Positions 46,911-57,997 of a stretch of 64,000 nt of DNA are shown piece by piece. The translations under genes were made by a program, and so were the position numbers. Position 1 is the first letter of the stretch. Every line of letters starts with the position of its first letter. The notes under the pieces were generated by a model. The model saw only the letters and a list, made by a program, of their open reading frames with translations. It made no database searches and was not told the DNA's origin. Source of the stretch: an uncultured delta proteobacterium (GTDB taxonomy: Bacteria; Desulfobacterota; Desulfobacteria; Desulfobacterales; QNYZ01); NCBI GenBank assembly GCA_963845145.1, contig CAWJQU010000013.1, forward strand, positions 32,001 to 96,000, read 5' to 3'.

Positions 46911-48393
46911 GTTCTTTTCTCCTTAGGGGAAGTTCAATTGTAAATACGGCTCCCTTATCGGGATTGTTTTTGGCGGTGATTCGGCCGCCATGGTTTTCAA
47001 CGATACCATATACCAGACTTAAGCCCAAACCGGTACCCTCACCCTCATCTTTAGTGGTGAAAAAAGGGTCGAAAATGTGGGGTAAAATCGAATTCGGGAT
47101 ACCCGGCCCCGAATCTGCCACCTCAATTGTGATCCAATCTTTTTCATGGGTGGTATAACTTTTAATCGAAAGTACGCCTTCACCCTCCATGGCCTGGGCC
47201 GCGTTTAGAATGATGTTCATGAAAATGTGGTTGATCTGCTGAATATCCACCGGGACGGGCGGTAACGATGACGAGAGCTCTTTTTTAATTTCAATATTGT
47301 GAAAAAGCGTTTGATTCTCCAGCAGGAAAAGGGTGCGTAACAGCGCTTTGTTGATATCATGGGGCTGGATGAAATGGCGGGTCTGGCGGGAAAACTCAAG
47401 CAGCTCTTTTACGGTGTCACGGCATCGTTTGGCATCTTTTAAAATGCGGTTCAAATCACTGGTAATGCTTTCATCCAGTTCATGTTCTTCCAATATCAAC
47501 TGGGTAAATAGGGTGATCCCTCCCAGGGGGTTATTCAGTTGATGGGCAACCCCGGCGGCTAGTTTTCCTAAAGAAGACATTTTTTCAGCCTGAAGAAGTT
47601 GCACCTGTGTGCGCTCAAGCTCTTTGTGCATTTTAATGGTTTCGCGCAGGTCTCGAAAAAACCCAATGGTGGCGACCTCTTTATCCCCGTCATAAACAAT
47701 GGAGGCATTTAAACTAATGGGAACTGTGTTTTTGGCTTCATCAAAGACTTCGACGCGATACGAGTAGAGCTTGCCTATACCCCCATGGGCAGTACTTCTT
47801 AAATTTTCCATAATGACGTATTCAATACCATTGGGGTAAATATCATGAATCGTCAGCTCATTTATGGCTTCGTCCGCTGTAATACCAGAGACCTTTTCCG
47901 CTGCCTGGTTAAAAATGAGAATGCGGCCCTTCATATCTGCAGCGATGACACCATCCGGAGCGCTTAAAAGCAAATTATGTAACAGGGCATTGGCGCGACG
48001 GGTTTCGTCTTCAGCAATACTTCGATTGGGGATGCTAAAATCCATACTAACGACGGCTTCAACCCGGTCGCCGTCAAAAATCGGATAGGCATAGTAACAG
48101 GGCATGTTGATGAGTCCGGGAGATGGATGTTCCTGGGGTCTCAGAGACGGTTTACCGGTTTCAAGAACTTCCCTTACAGAACAATTTTCGCATGGCGATT
48201 CATGCCCATAGTAAACCAAATGGCAGTATTTGCCGATAAATGGTTCATCGTCCTTATCATCTGTTGGAAAACTGGCGGCCAAAATTTCAAAATCCGGTGA
48301 GACAACGATCATCCTTTTTCGAAAAGCATCGACCGCTTTAAGCAGGTACTGGTTTTCCAATTCGGTTCGCATGCGTTTTCCCCCTTGCGACAT
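46879..48393 (-). CDS. PAS-domain sensor histidine kinase (NtrB-like)
   Basis: 'QAEKMSSLGKLAAGVAHQLNNPL', 'DSGPGI', 'FDPFFTTK', 'GTGLGL'. Confidence 0.9.
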   Translation of the reverse strand: MSQGGKRMRTELENQYLLKAVDAFRKRMIVVSPDFEILAASFPTDDKDDEPFIGKYCHLVYYGHESPCENCSVREVLETGKPSLRPQEHPSPGLINMPCYYAYPIFDGDRVEAVVSMDFSIPNRSIAEDETRRANALLHNLLLSAPDGVIAADMKGRILIFNQAAEKVSGITADEAINELTIHDIYPNGIEYVIMENLRSTAHGGIGKLYSYRVEVFDEAKNTVPISLNASIVYDGDKEVATIGFFRDLRETIKMHKELERTQVQLLQAEKMSSLGKLAAGVAHQLNNPLGGITLFTQLILEEHELDESITSDLNRILKDAKRCRDTVKELLEFSRQTRHFIQPHDINKALLRTLFLLENQTLFHNIEIKKELSSSLPPVPVDIQQINHIFMNIILNAAQAMEGEGVLSIKSYTTHEKDWITIEVADSGPGIPNSILPHIFDPFFTTKDEGEGTGLGLSLVYGIVENHGGRITAKNNPDKGAVFTIELPLRRKEHEGNSGEREV

Positions 48394-48427
48394 CGTTTTG
48401 AACTCAATTTTTATGCTACGCTATGGT

Positions 48428-49774
48428 TTACGCCACCATTTTTTTTACCAGCTGATTGGCTGCCGTTAACGTCGGGTCCCAGGTAGGGCCGAACGGTGGT
48501 GCGTACGCCAGGTCCGACTGAGCATATTCGGCCACCGTTAATCCGGCCATCAATGCGACGGCCGGTGCATTGATGCGGTGGGCCACGCCGTCCTGACCAA
48601 CCATCTGGGCGCCGAGAAGCCTGCCGGACTTACGATCCCCCACCATTTGGACTGAAATGTGCGATGAGCCAGGGTGGGCATGGGCCCGAGACGGGGCTTT
48701 TATAACCACTTCAACAGGGTCGAAGCCTGCTTGAGCTGCTTCACGAAGCGTTAAACCGGTTCGGGCCACTTCCAGGTTGAAGACGCGAAACACGGCGGTA
48801 CCGACGATGCCCGGTAAAGAGACGGCTTTACCGCATACATTATCCGCCACAGCCCAGCCGGCGCGATTGGCGCGTAGCGCCAGGGGTATCCAGGTTTTTT
48901 GACCGGTCACCACGTGAAAAGCATCGGCGCAGTCACCGGCGGCATAGATACCTTCTATTGATGTGTGCAGTTGTTGGTCAACAGCGATAGATCGTCCGAT
49001 ACTTAGCTCAAGACCGGCCGATTCAGCCACCTGGCTGTTCGGCGCGATACCGATGGCCACAAGAACCATATCCGCAGGATAGGTGCCGTTTTCACCGATC
49101 ACGTTCATGCCACTGTTATTTTTTTCGATTCTGTCGATCCTTTGTCCCGTGATAACCTGTACCTGGTTCTTTTTAAGTTCCTCCAGAATGATGCCTGATA
49201 GGTCGGTGTGCATCCAGGGTAGAAGGGTTGGGCGGGGTTTGATCATGGCGATCTCAATCCCTAAACCCCGCAACGCTTCACACATCTCCAACGCAATATA
49301 CCCCATCCCCAAAATCACCGCTTTTTTTACGGAATTTTGGTTGATAAAGTCTTTGATGTGGCGACCTTCTTCCAGGCTTTTTAACTTCATGACGCCGGGC
49401 AATTCGATACCCGGTAATTCCGGTAAAAGGGCCGATGCACCTGTGGCAATGAGCAGCCGGTCGTACCCACACTCAAAAGGTTCACCTGCTTGGTTGACTC
49501 CCGTCACCCGGCGGCTTGCCGCGTCGATGGATGTTACCGTGTGGTCGGTGAGCAGGTCGATGCCTTGTTTTTTTCGGAAGACATCCGCCGGCCGGACGAT
49601 CAACTCGTCCATTTTGCGCTCCGGGTCGCCGATGGCATAGGGCATGCCGCAAGCACTATAGGAGACATCTCCGGTTTTTTCCAAAACGATGACTTCCAAA
49701 TCCGGTTGATGCCGTTTGGCCCGGCTGGCAGCGCTCATTCCGGCGGCATCTCCGCCAATGATCACAAAACGCAT
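48428..49774 (-). CDS. CoA-disulfide reductase / NADH oxidase family flavoprotein
   Basis: 'IIGGDAAGMSAA', 'SYSACGMPY' redox Cys, 'IYAAGDC', 'DLAYAPPF'. Confidence 0.9.
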   Translation of the reverse strand: MRFVIIGGDAAGMSAASRAKRHQPDLEVIVLEKTGDVSYSACGMPYAIGDPERKMDELIVRPADVFRKKQGIDLLTDHTVTSIDAASRRVTGVNQAGEPFECGYDRLLIATGASALLPELPGIELPGVMKLKSLEEGRHIKDFINQNSVKKAVILGMGYIALEMCEALRGLGIEIAMIKPRPTLLPWMHTDLSGIILEELKKNQVQVITGQRIDRIEKNNSGMNVIGENGTYPADMVLVAIGIAPNSQVAESAGLELSIGRSIAVDQQLHTSIEGIYAAGDCADAFHVVTGQKTWIPLALRANRAGWAVADNVCGKAVSLPGIVGTAVFRVFNLEVARTGLTLREAAQAGFDPVEVVIKAPSRAHAHPGSSHISVQMVGDRKSGRLLGAQMVGQDGVAHRINAPAVALMAGLTVAEYAQSDLAYAPPFGPTWDPTLTAANQLVKKMVA

Positions 49775-50088
49775 ATGCACCTTCCTTTGGTTTTTTTTAG
49801 TTGGAGCGGTTGGTTGCTACGAGTCAAACCCATCACCTGTAAATTGGGTGGATGCCGGAAGTTTCGTCAATAAATCTGATCGGATATGATGGGGCCGGCA
49901 AATGACCCCTTTTCTTTACACCGATTCTATTGGGATGCCAACCTTGGATTTTAAATTTGGCAGGACAATCGCAATTAAAAATCCTTAAAAATTGATTTTT
50001 ACTTGCAACTGCCCTGGGGACAACGATACCCGCGCTTTGTTTATGGGTAATATTCTGATAATAAAGGCGGAATCGCTTTAGACTAAAA

Positions 50089-51675
50089 ATGGAAATGACG
50101 GTAATGGGCACATCTCTATATCGAAAAGTCGGATTGGCCACGCTGATTATGTCGGTATCGGTCTTTGCCAGTCGGATTATCGGCCTGGTGCGGGAGGTTG
50201 TGATCGCCCATTCCGGCGGTGCCACCGGTGCTGTGGATGCGTACCAGATTTCCTTTGTTCTGCCGGAAATCCTCAACCATGTCGTCGCCAGCGGCTTTCT
50301 ATCCATTACGTTCATCCCCATTTTTTCACGATATTTGGCCGCTAATCGCGAAGCGGAAGGGTGGCGTGTATTTAATATCATCTTTACGGGCGTCGGAACT
50401 TTACTATTGATCTTTATCGCTATCGCCTTTTATTTCACCCCCAATCTGGTGGCCGTTCTGGTACCGGGTATCGACGATCCTGTTTTGAAAGCCAGGGCCG
50501 TTACCATGACCCGGATCATTCTTCCCGCCCAATTTTTCTTTTTTGCCGGGGGTCTTTTCTCCGCCGTTCAATTTGCCAAGGAACGTTTCTTTTTGCCGGC
50601 TCTGGCACCGTTAATTTATAATTTAGGGATTATTGTCGGTGGTCTTTATTTTGGCCCACAGTTGGGGATGGCGGGATTTTCCTGGGGGGCTCTAGTCGGA
50701 GCGTTTTTGGGAAATTTTGTTATTCAATATATCGGCGCACGTCGGGTGGGCATGCGACTCGCTATCAATTGGAAGCTTAACCATCCGGATTTCAGAACCT
50801 ACATTTTTTTGAGTCTGCCCCTGATGGTAGGCTTGACCATGACGTTCTCAACGGAAATATTTCTCAAATATTTCGGATCGTTTCTCCCTCCCGGCAGCAT
50901 CGCCGGGCTCAATTATGCCCTTCGAATTATGTTGATTTTGGTAGCCTTTTTCGGTCAGGCCGTGGGGGTTGCCTCTTTTCCTTTCATGGCTCAACTGGCC
51001 GTGGAAAACAAAACTGGCGAAATGAATCGGCTTTTAAACAATACCTTGCGTTATCTGGCCCTGGTCATCCCCTTTGCCGTATTGATCATGGTGTTAAGGC
51101 ATGAAGTGGTGCGGATTCTTTTTCAGCGCGGACAATTTGACGCGGCGGCCACCGACATGACGGCAGGTATTCTGGTTTATATCATGATCGGCGCCTTTGC
51201 CTTTGCCGCCCAAACAGTCGTCGTGCGCGGATTTTACGCTTTTCAAAATACGCTATTTCCGGCTGTTTACAGTACAATAGCCGTCGTGGCCAGTATTCCA
51301 CTGTATATCATCGGGCTGAAAGTTATGGGTGCCAACGGGGTTGCTCTGGCGATCTCTGTATCGGTTACGCTCCAGGTGATCTTGCTATTCGTTATTTGGA
51401 ACCGCCGGTATCATAACCCGGATGGCAGATCCATTTACATTTTTATTCTGAAAGCGGTTATGGTCAGTATTCCCCTGGGGGGAGCGATGTTCTGGCTTAG
51501 ACGTTATCTGACGCCATGGATTGACGTATCCACGGTGATCGGGTCTTTGTTGATCGTGATTGTGATTACGGGTTTTTTCGGGGGGGTTCTTGTATGCGGT
51601 GCGGTACTGTTTAATATAAGAGAAATTGGTAATTTGATGGCTCGGCTGAAAATAAAAAGGTACCGAAAGTATTGA
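50089..51675 (+). CDS. murJ: Lipid II flippase MurJ (MviN)
   Basis: 'SRIIGLVRE', 'DAYQISFVLP', 'FIPIF', 'LFQRGQFD', many TM segments. Confidence 0.88.
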   Translation: MEMTVMGTSLYRKVGLATLIMSVSVFASRIIGLVREVVIAHSGGATGAVDAYQISFVLPEILNHVVASGFLSITFIPIFSRYLAANREAEGWRVFNIIFTGVGTLLLIFIAIAFYFTPNLVAVLVPGIDDPVLKARAVTMTRIILPAQFFFFAGGLFSAVQFAKERFFLPALAPLIYNLGIIVGGLYFGPQLGMAGFSWGALVGAFLGNFVIQYIGARRVGMRLAINWKLNHPDFRTYIFLSLPLMVGLTMTFSTEIFLKYFGSFLPPGSIAGLNYALRIMLILVAFFGQAVGVASFPFMAQLAVENKTGEMNRLLNNTLRYLALVIPFAVLIMVLRHEVVRILFQRGQFDAAATDMTAGILVYIMIGAFAFAAQTVVVRGFYAFQNTLFPAVYSTIAVVASIPLYIIGLKVMGANGVALAISVSVTLQVILLFVIWNRRYHNPDGRSIYIFILKAVMVSIPLGGAMFWLRRYLTPWIDVSTVIGSLLIVIVITGFFGGVLVCGAVLFNIREIGNLMARLKIKRYRKY

Positions 51676-51778
51676 ACGGGATCATTAAAATGGACATTTT
51701 TTATTGACTAAACGATAAATATAATTTATATCAAAACATAAAAAAATAAACAACATTCATTATATTCTGGGGGAAATT

Positions 51779-52420
51779 GTGGGTATCCAGGAGCGCAAAG
51801 CGAGGGAAAAGGAACGTCGTCGACAACAGATTATTGTGGCCGCCAAGCGGGTCTTTTCCCAAAAGGGATTCAACAAAGCGACCATGGAGGATATCGCCGA
51901 GGAGGCGGAACTGAGCCCGGGTACCCTATATCTGTATTTTAAAAACAAAGAAGAATTGTATGCATCATTGTCCTTGCGCATTCTTCAATATTTACGAATA
52001 CGGGTGGAGCATGTTCACCAGGAGGCGGGCCCAGGGCCTGTGGAAAAACTTGATGCCTTGATCGATGCCATGTACGATGTGTATGATTTTGACCCCCTCG
52101 TCATTATCAATATGTTTCACCTGCAATCCAGCGAAACATTGAAAAACTTGTCACCCGAGCTCATGGCCCAGATAAAAGAACTCTCGCGTCAATCGATTAA
52201 CGATATCGCTCGCATTTTCGAAGAGGGCATTGACGCGGGATTGTTCATCGATGAGCACCCGATTGCCTTAGCGGATATCCATTGGTCCTTGTTTTCCGGG
52301 GTTATTCTCTGGGAAGCTAGTAAAAAAATCATTAATAAAGACAAAGATTATCTAAAAGATACCCTTAAATCCGCGTTCAGGATTTTTGCCAGGGGGCTGA
52401 TGGTTAAGCCCAGGGATTGA
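51779..52420 (+). CDS. TetR/AcrR family regulator
   Basis: 'ATMEDIAEEAELSPGTLYLYFKNKEELY'; paralog of the 3223-3865 gene. Confidence 0.92.
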   Translation: MGIQERKAREKERRRQQIIVAAKRVFSQKGFNKATMEDIAEEAELSPGTLYLYFKNKEELYASLSLRILQYLRIRVEHVHQEAGPGPVEKLDALIDAMYDVYDFDPLVIINMFHLQSSETLKNLSPELMAQIKELSRQSINDIARIFEEGIDAGLFIDEHPIALADIHWSLFSGVILWEASKKIINKDKDYLKDTLKSAFRIFARGLMVKPRD

Positions 52421-52536
52421 TAGGCTTACTCACCATGGATTCAGGTCATCATTTACCTTCCTTGATTTTAGGTAACAAAATCGCCCACCCTGCCGAGCCT
52501 TTACGTCTAGCCGCCCGTTTGGTTCACTAAACCGCT

Positions 52537-53442
52537 ATGCCGAATACACTCGTCCATATGGGCGTCGGCCGCCTGGCCACTAAAACCCTATTTCGTGGTG
52601 TGGATGACAAGTGGATTTATATCGGTTGCATTATTCCCGACATCCCCTGGATCATTCAACGGGCCGTCACCTTTATCCTTCCGGGAATTGACCTCGTAGA
52701 CCTTCGGCTCTATGCCGTCGTTCAGGCATCTTTATTTTTCGGCCTGATTTTAAGCGCCGTTTTTACTTTGCTTGCAAGATCCGGGTTGCGACTCTTCCTT
52801 TTATTGGGATTCAATTGTTTGCTCCATCTGACATTAGATGCCGCCCAGATAAAGTGGGCCAATGGCGTTCATCTATTTGCACCTTTTTCCTGGCGTATGA
52901 TCAATTTCGGTTTTTTCTGGCCGGAAAGCATCCCGGCTTATGGTTTAACCGCCATCGGACTCGCCCTGGTTCTCAGCGGCTGGCAATCGACTTTGCGTCA
53001 ACCGCTTCAATTTGGTTCACCGACACCTTTCGGATGGGTGGCAGCGGCCGGATTGTTGGCGATATATTTAGCCCTGCCCCTTTTATTAATTCAGGGGCCG
53101 GAAAAGGCGGATAATCATTACACGGCAACCTTACGGGCGCATTCCGATCGCAAAGGCCGGTCCATTGCCCTTGATCGCTGTGAGTTTGACCCCAATACCC
53201 AAACGATTCGTGTTTTTTCCGGTGAACATATTCGTGTAACGGGTCTTGAGTGGCCTACTCCTGCCACGGTTTCTATCAAGGGACGATTTGTCGCGGAGGA
53301 TCGTATTGAAATATATTCGTTTCACATTCATCACCTAATGCGCGATGTCAGTTCTTTTTTGGGCCTTGCACTGGTCACCATTCTCTGGTTTACTGCCGGC
53401 TGGAAAAGCCGAAGGTTACCGACACATCGTCGTAATGCTTAG
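52537..53442 (+). CDS. Membrane protein, putative metal-dependent hydrolase (YdjM-like)
   Basis: 'TLVH', 'GCIIPD', 'LHLTLD', 'GVHLFAPFS' and several TM helices. Confidence 0.6.
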   Translation: MPNTLVHMGVGRLATKTLFRGVDDKWIYIGCIIPDIPWIIQRAVTFILPGIDLVDLRLYAVVQASLFFGLILSAVFTLLARSGLRLFLLLGFNCLLHLTLDAAQIKWANGVHLFAPFSWRMINFGFFWPESIPAYGLTAIGLALVLSGWQSTLRQPLQFGSPTPFGWVAAAGLLAIYLALPLLLIQGPEKADNHYTATLRAHSDRKGRSIALDRCEFDPNTQTIRVFSGEHIRVTGLEWPTPATVSIKGRFVAEDRIEIYSFHIHHLMRDVSSFLGLALVTILWFTAGWKSRRLPTHRRNA

Positions 53443-53511
53443 CCGCTCCAAATAACATCACATGAATAGGTGCCGGCGACCGGCTCGAATTATTTTTCCA
53501 CATAACAGGCC

Positions 53512-54957
53512 ATGACCGATCACAACCCATATATCATTCGTTGTATTCATGATACCCATGAGGGGCTTCGGGATGGATTGTCTCATTTTTCCCAGCCGAG
53601 CCGGGCGGCCCTGATCTATGCGGTTTCATCCCAGGGCCCCGTGCGGGTTCATGACCCCCAGTTTTTGTTAAACGGGCATGAACCGATCATTGAGGAGCTC
53701 TACCTGGAATCTAAGGTATGGCAAAATCAATCCGCTGATTTTTCGTCTATGGATCAGCCCGGGTTTTTAAATCTTGAAGAAAATCTACAGCTTACCGGTT
53801 TAATATCCTTTGGCGGCCGTTCGACATCGATGTACTATCAGATGTGGTTTACCGAACACCACCCGGATATGTGTGCTATCGGGCCAACAGAACGATGGTT
53901 GGAACAGGCGGCATGGCGGCTGGCCCACGATGTGGCCAGCGAACACGCCTTGTACACGGGGGTCTCCGGTGCTTTTATACGCGAATATGCGACCCATGCC
54001 GTGCGGGATCACATCATCGACGAGATGAATGTTCGATTGGGCTGGGACGCCAAGCTGCGCGTATACCCGGTATTGGATGCCATTTTGGGCATTTCCCGGA
54101 CACTTGAGGAGGGCGCCTGGCCTAGGGGTGAGCTGATTTTCACCGAACCAACTTTCGTACCGACGATTGATCTGGCCGTTGAATTTGCCAAGCATGAGCA
54201 GCCCAGTATCGAAAACCATAAACATGTTCGCAAACTGTTACAGGCCGTCGAAGGATCGCGTCGCCAGCTGATTTCCGATGGAAACCATATTATCGGTATT
54301 GCCAATGGCAAATTGCCTCAGTTTTATCTATCGGTCGAATATCGCGGGCAACATGGGTTCTTGTCGATCAACGGTGAAGCGATCTGCAGCTTTGCCGACG
54401 GCCGCTTCTATTCAACCACCCATCGTGTCAAATTGGTGGAAGTGGAAGAAGCGCTTCTCGAAACGGATTTGGACGACGCACGTCGCAGCGACCTGTTTCA
54501 GGTAGTGGCGGATATTGTTCATCATGCCCAGGTTAATAAATATGGCTGCACCGTCATCCTTGATCTAAACGAAAAACCATTAGGCCTTCAAGGGCAACAG
54601 CTCATGAAACCTTTGAATCTGTCCCGGGGCAAAAACGTTTCCCTGGCCAGATCACTGTCCAAAGTTGACGGAGCCCTGCATATCGGTGCGGATCTAAATT
54701 TGCATCGCTTTGCCTGCCTGATGGACGGTTCGGCCATCGCAGGCGAAGACCGGGCGCGTGGTGCCCGTTACAATTCGGCCTTGAGATTTACCGCTGCCCA
54801 GGAAAACCTCATTGTGGTTGTGGTATCGGCGGATCGGCCTGTTTCGATCATTCAGGACGGCATGGCCTTAAACGCGCTGTGCCGATTCGATCCGGTATCG
54901 CTCTCCATTTGCACGCCGACGAGTCTTGAATCCTGGTTGGCGGGAAAAGGCCATTAA
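53512..54957 (+). CDS. DisA_N (diadenylate-cyclase-like) domain protein with large N-terminal region
   Basis: C-terminal 'HHAQ..KYGCTVI', 'LSKVDGALHI', 'RGARYNSALRF', 'VVVVSADRPV'. Confidence 0.75.
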   Translation: MTDHNPYIIRCIHDTHEGLRDGLSHFSQPSRAALIYAVSSQGPVRVHDPQFLLNGHEPIIEELYLESKVWQNQSADFSSMDQPGFLNLEENLQLTGLISFGGRSTSMYYQMWFTEHHPDMCAIGPTERWLEQAAWRLAHDVASEHALYTGVSGAFIREYATHAVRDHIIDEMNVRLGWDAKLRVYPVLDAILGISRTLEEGAWPRGELIFTEPTFVPTIDLAVEFAKHEQPSIENHKHVRKLLQAVEGSRRQLISDGNHIIGIANGKLPQFYLSVEYRGQHGFLSINGEAICSFADGRFYSTTHRVKLVEVEEALLETDLDDARRSDLFQVVADIVHHAQVNKYGCTVILDLNEKPLGLQGQQLMKPLNLSRGKNVSLARSLSKVDGALHIGADLNLHRFACLMDGSAIAGEDRARGARYNSALRFTAAQENLIVVVVSADRPVSIIQDGMALNALCRFDPVSLSICTPTSLESWLAGKGH

Positions 54958-54969
54958 CGGGTATCGCCC

Positions 54970-55812
54970 ATGGGACCATTAAAACGTAGCTCATTGTTGT
55001 GCCCCCGCTGTCGTCGGCTAATCAGTTCGGATGAACACCGGTGCCCCCATTGTGATCTGAAGCGGCCGGCATCACCATTTAAGAATAACCCTCTTGGGAG
55101 ATCATTTTTCGAAGAAAACCGCATTATCAAAATGACGATTGGGATCAATATCTTTATGTTTGTCTTTTCCATATTGTTGAATCCACGATCGATCAATTTA
55201 AACTTGAATCCCCTCTCGCTTTTGGCACCGGGTGATCGTAGCTTGTTGTTGCTCGGGGCTACGGGCACCATACCCATCGATCAATTCGGGCGATGGTGGA
55301 GTTTGATCGCGGCAAACTATCTTCATGGCGGGATTCTCCACATTTTTTTCAACCTGATGGCGTTAAGCCAGATTACGCCGCTGGTTCAGCGTGAGTTTGG
55401 GCCGTATCGAACGATTATCATATATACGGTTGGGGGTATCGGCGGGTTTTACGCCTCGTATCTCGCCGGGGTCTCTTTTACTATCGGGGCCTCGGCCGCT
55501 TTGTGTGCATTATTGGGCGCTGCGGTTTACTATGGAAAGAGCCGTGGGGGAATTTATGGCCAGGCTGTTTATCGTCAGATCGGCGGCTGGGCTTTATTCA
55601 TTTTGATTTTCGGCCTGATGGTTCCCGGTATCAACAATTGGGGCCATGGCGGTGGCTTTGTCGCGGGCGTCCTGCTGGGGATGATCCTCGGATATAAAGA
55701 AAAGCGGCCGGAAAACCATATCCATGGTCTTCTGGCGACATTTTGTATCGGTATAACGCTGATTGTTCTGGCTTGGGCATCGGTGACAGGGGTTTACTAT
55801 CGCTTTGTCTAG
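54970..55812 (+). CDS. Rhomboid intramembrane serine protease with N-terminal zinc ribbon
   Basis: CPRC...CPHC; 'YLHGGILHIFFN', 'IGASA', 'NNWGHGGG'. Confidence 0.9.
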   Translation: MGPLKRSSLLCPRCRRLISSDEHRCPHCDLKRPASPFKNNPLGRSFFEENRIIKMTIGINIFMFVFSILLNPRSINLNLNPLSLLAPGDRSLLLLGATGTIPIDQFGRWWSLIAANYLHGGILHIFFNLMALSQITPLVQREFGPYRTIIIYTVGGIGGFYASYLAGVSFTIGASAALCALLGAAVYYGKSRGGIYGQAVYRQIGGWALFILIFGLMVPGINNWGHGGGFVAGVLLGMILGYKEKRPENHIHGLLATFCIGITLIVLAWASVTGVYYRFV

Positions 55813-55947
55813 TGCGCTTGCAACGACGTTGGCGGCTGGGATTTTTTTAACCGGCTGATTAAGCCGGGCGCCGAATAGGCGCGTGGCGATGAGGAATAAA
55901 TGGCTGTGAGGGTTTGGATTATTAAAAGGTGAGGGTGGTACGAGGCC

Positions 55948-56850
55948 ATGGCATCTGAAAATACCCATATTTATCTTGCCGACCGAATTCGCAGGAATAT
56001 CCACGATGAACCCGTGACGAAGATCATTTCCGATCATATGGATGAATATTTTATCGGGTCGATTTTTACGGATATCCTGTTTTACAGCAAAGACAAACAG
56101 GCCGCGGCCGTCGCTTCTCGCCTACACGGCGAAGACGGCCAACCCACCAATCAGATCGTCTTTGATCTCCTTGATAGCGCTCGTTCCGAAAAAGACCATC
56201 GAAATTTTGCGTTTGTGGCGGGATTGCTCACGCACTATGCCGTTGACATAACCCTTCATCCAATCGTTTTCTATTTTTCAGGTGATGATCCCGATGCAAA
56301 ATGTATTGATGATGACAAGAGTGCCTACCGACATATGCACTACGAAACAAGTATCGATTTTCAACTCAATGATTCTTTTTACCTGGACGAAATCATTCAA
56401 CCGATGGCGCTCAACCGCCTAAAAATCTATTCATTGCTGGATATCGAGCAAGTAGTGGTCGAAAAAGCGTTGCGTCGGCAAATAAAATATTACCGCCTGA
56501 CGCGAAAGCGAGTATATTTCATTTTGTTTCGGGCTTTGAGTCGACTCGGCTTGTTCCCCGCAAGGGCGATTGCCGGTTTTCATGCCAATTTGGATAAAGA
56601 TAGCGTCCGGCTGCCGGATCCGATCCACTATAAAGATGTGGTTACCGGGGAACCCAAAACGGCCACATTAAACGGATTGGTTGATATGGCGGTGCAATTT
56701 GGTTGCCATATGGTAGAGACGGCCTATGCATATTACACTTTACAGATCGATTTAGAAGACGGTAAAAAAGTCATTGCCGGTCAGAGCTTGGAAACCGGCC
56801 AAACGGGCACAATGGTGAAGGATATCCGATTTTATGCCGATGTGGACTAA
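55948..56850 (+). CDS. Zinc-dependent phospholipase C family protein
   Basis: 'THIYLA', 'GSIFTDILFY', 'LH', 'GLLTHYAVDITLHP', 'HMHYETSID'. Confidence 0.75.
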   Translation: MASENTHIYLADRIRRNIHDEPVTKIISDHMDEYFIGSIFTDILFYSKDKQAAAVASRLHGEDGQPTNQIVFDLLDSARSEKDHRNFAFVAGLLTHYAVDITLHPIVFYFSGDDPDAKCIDDDKSAYRHMHYETSIDFQLNDSFYLDEIIQPMALNRLKIYSLLDIEQVVVEKALRRQIKYYRLTRKRVYFILFRALSRLGLFPARAIAGFHANLDKDSVRLPDPIHYKDVVTGEPKTATLNGLVDMAVQFGCHMVETAYAYYTLQIDLEDGKKVIAGQSLETGQTGTMVKDIRFYADVD

Positions 56851-56947
56851 GGGAATTAAGTGAATTACCTATATTTGTCGACCGTTACTAACTGAAGAAG
56901 GTTTTGGTCCTGACGTCCGGTAAAACCTCTCAACACAGGAGTTTTAA

Positions 56948-57373
56948 ATGATCGCCAATCAATTAACCGTATTAACCGAGAATTCAGCCCGGCAATTGGC
57001 ATCTGTTATCTCTCAACTCAGCAGTGCAGGCATCGATATTCGCGCCCATTGTTTTGTCGATAATGGGGATGGCAATTGTAAACTGAGGATGATTGTTTCA
57101 AAGCCCGACAAGGCCGTCTCCATTTTAGAGAATCAGCGCCTCGCCGTCGTCGCCAACGAGGTTGTGGTCGTGGAGGTCGAAGACAGGCCGGGAGGATTGG
57201 GCCGGATACTGGACCTGTTGAAAATCGAAAAAATACGAATCGATTATTCTTATATTGCCGTTAGCGAAAAATCCGGAATGGCTTTGATGGTTTTTCGGTT
57301 TTCCGATAATGCCCAGGCGGCGCGCTTATTGGAAAATAATGGCCTTAAGGCGGCCATGCGCTTGGGGGGATAA
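56948..57373 (+). CDS. Tandem ACT-domain protein
   Basis: 'QLTVLTEN...GIDIRA', 'VEDRPGGL...IDYSY'. Confidence 0.85.
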   Translation: MIANQLTVLTENSARQLASVISQLSSAGIDIRAHCFVDNGDGNCKLRMIVSKPDKAVSILENQRLAVVANEVVVVEVEDRPGGLGRILDLLKIEKIRIDYSYIAVSEKSGMALMVFRFSDNAQAARLLENNGLKAAMRLGG

Positions 57374-57386
57374 ATCGACCCCATAA

Positions 57387-57767
57387 TTACGGGCCCAATA
57401 AATCTTCGATACATGCGGTCAATTCATTTGCACGAACCGGTTTTGCCAAAACAGTGTAACCGGATATATTATCGACGCTTCCCGAATCGATTTCACCTTT
57501 GGTAACGATTCCGGTCAGAAACACGATTTTAGTGTGCTTTAAGCTATCATCTTCCTCGAACTGGGCGGCCACCTCTGTCCCATCAACATCCGGCATCATA
57601 AAATCCAAAAAAACCAGATCAGGGTTGAATTCTCTAGCGGTCGCCAAAGCCCGCCGGCCTTTATTTTCCTCTTGGATGAGATAATCACCTGTGGCTTCAA
57701 GCATATGGCGGAGCATTTGGGTAATATCCGGATTGTCATCCACCAGAAGAATTTTTTTCTTTTCCAT
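57387..57767 (-). CDS. Single-domain response regulator
   Basis: 'ILLVDDN...FLDFMMPDVDG...LT...KP'. Confidence 0.88.
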   Translation of the reverse strand: MEKKKILLVDDNPDITQMLRHMLEATGDYLIQEENKGRRALATAREFNPDLVFLDFMMPDVDGTEVAAQFEEDDSLKHTKIVFLTGIVTKGEIDSGSVDNISGYTVLAKPVRANELTACIEDLLGP

Positions 57768-57997
57768 CTTTGCCAATTACCGTTTTTTGCGAAATTGAAA
57801 GAGCCCCGTAATAATTCCCACCATTTTATGGAATTATTTTTGTGATATTGCAAATAAAGTGCCAAAATACAAGTTGGGGTATTGATATTTTGACTATCCA
57901 AGGATATTAAGCAGATACATTAAAAAAGGGATGGCGTCAATAACGATTGGTACGATTTTATTTCGGAAAATTGAGAAATTATTTACCAAAAACGTCA

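Noticed and set aside
49790..50080. Possible riboswitch or sRNA between the CoA-disulfide reductase gene and murJ
   Set aside because: Only short stems and no motif I recognise; a covariance-model search would be needed.
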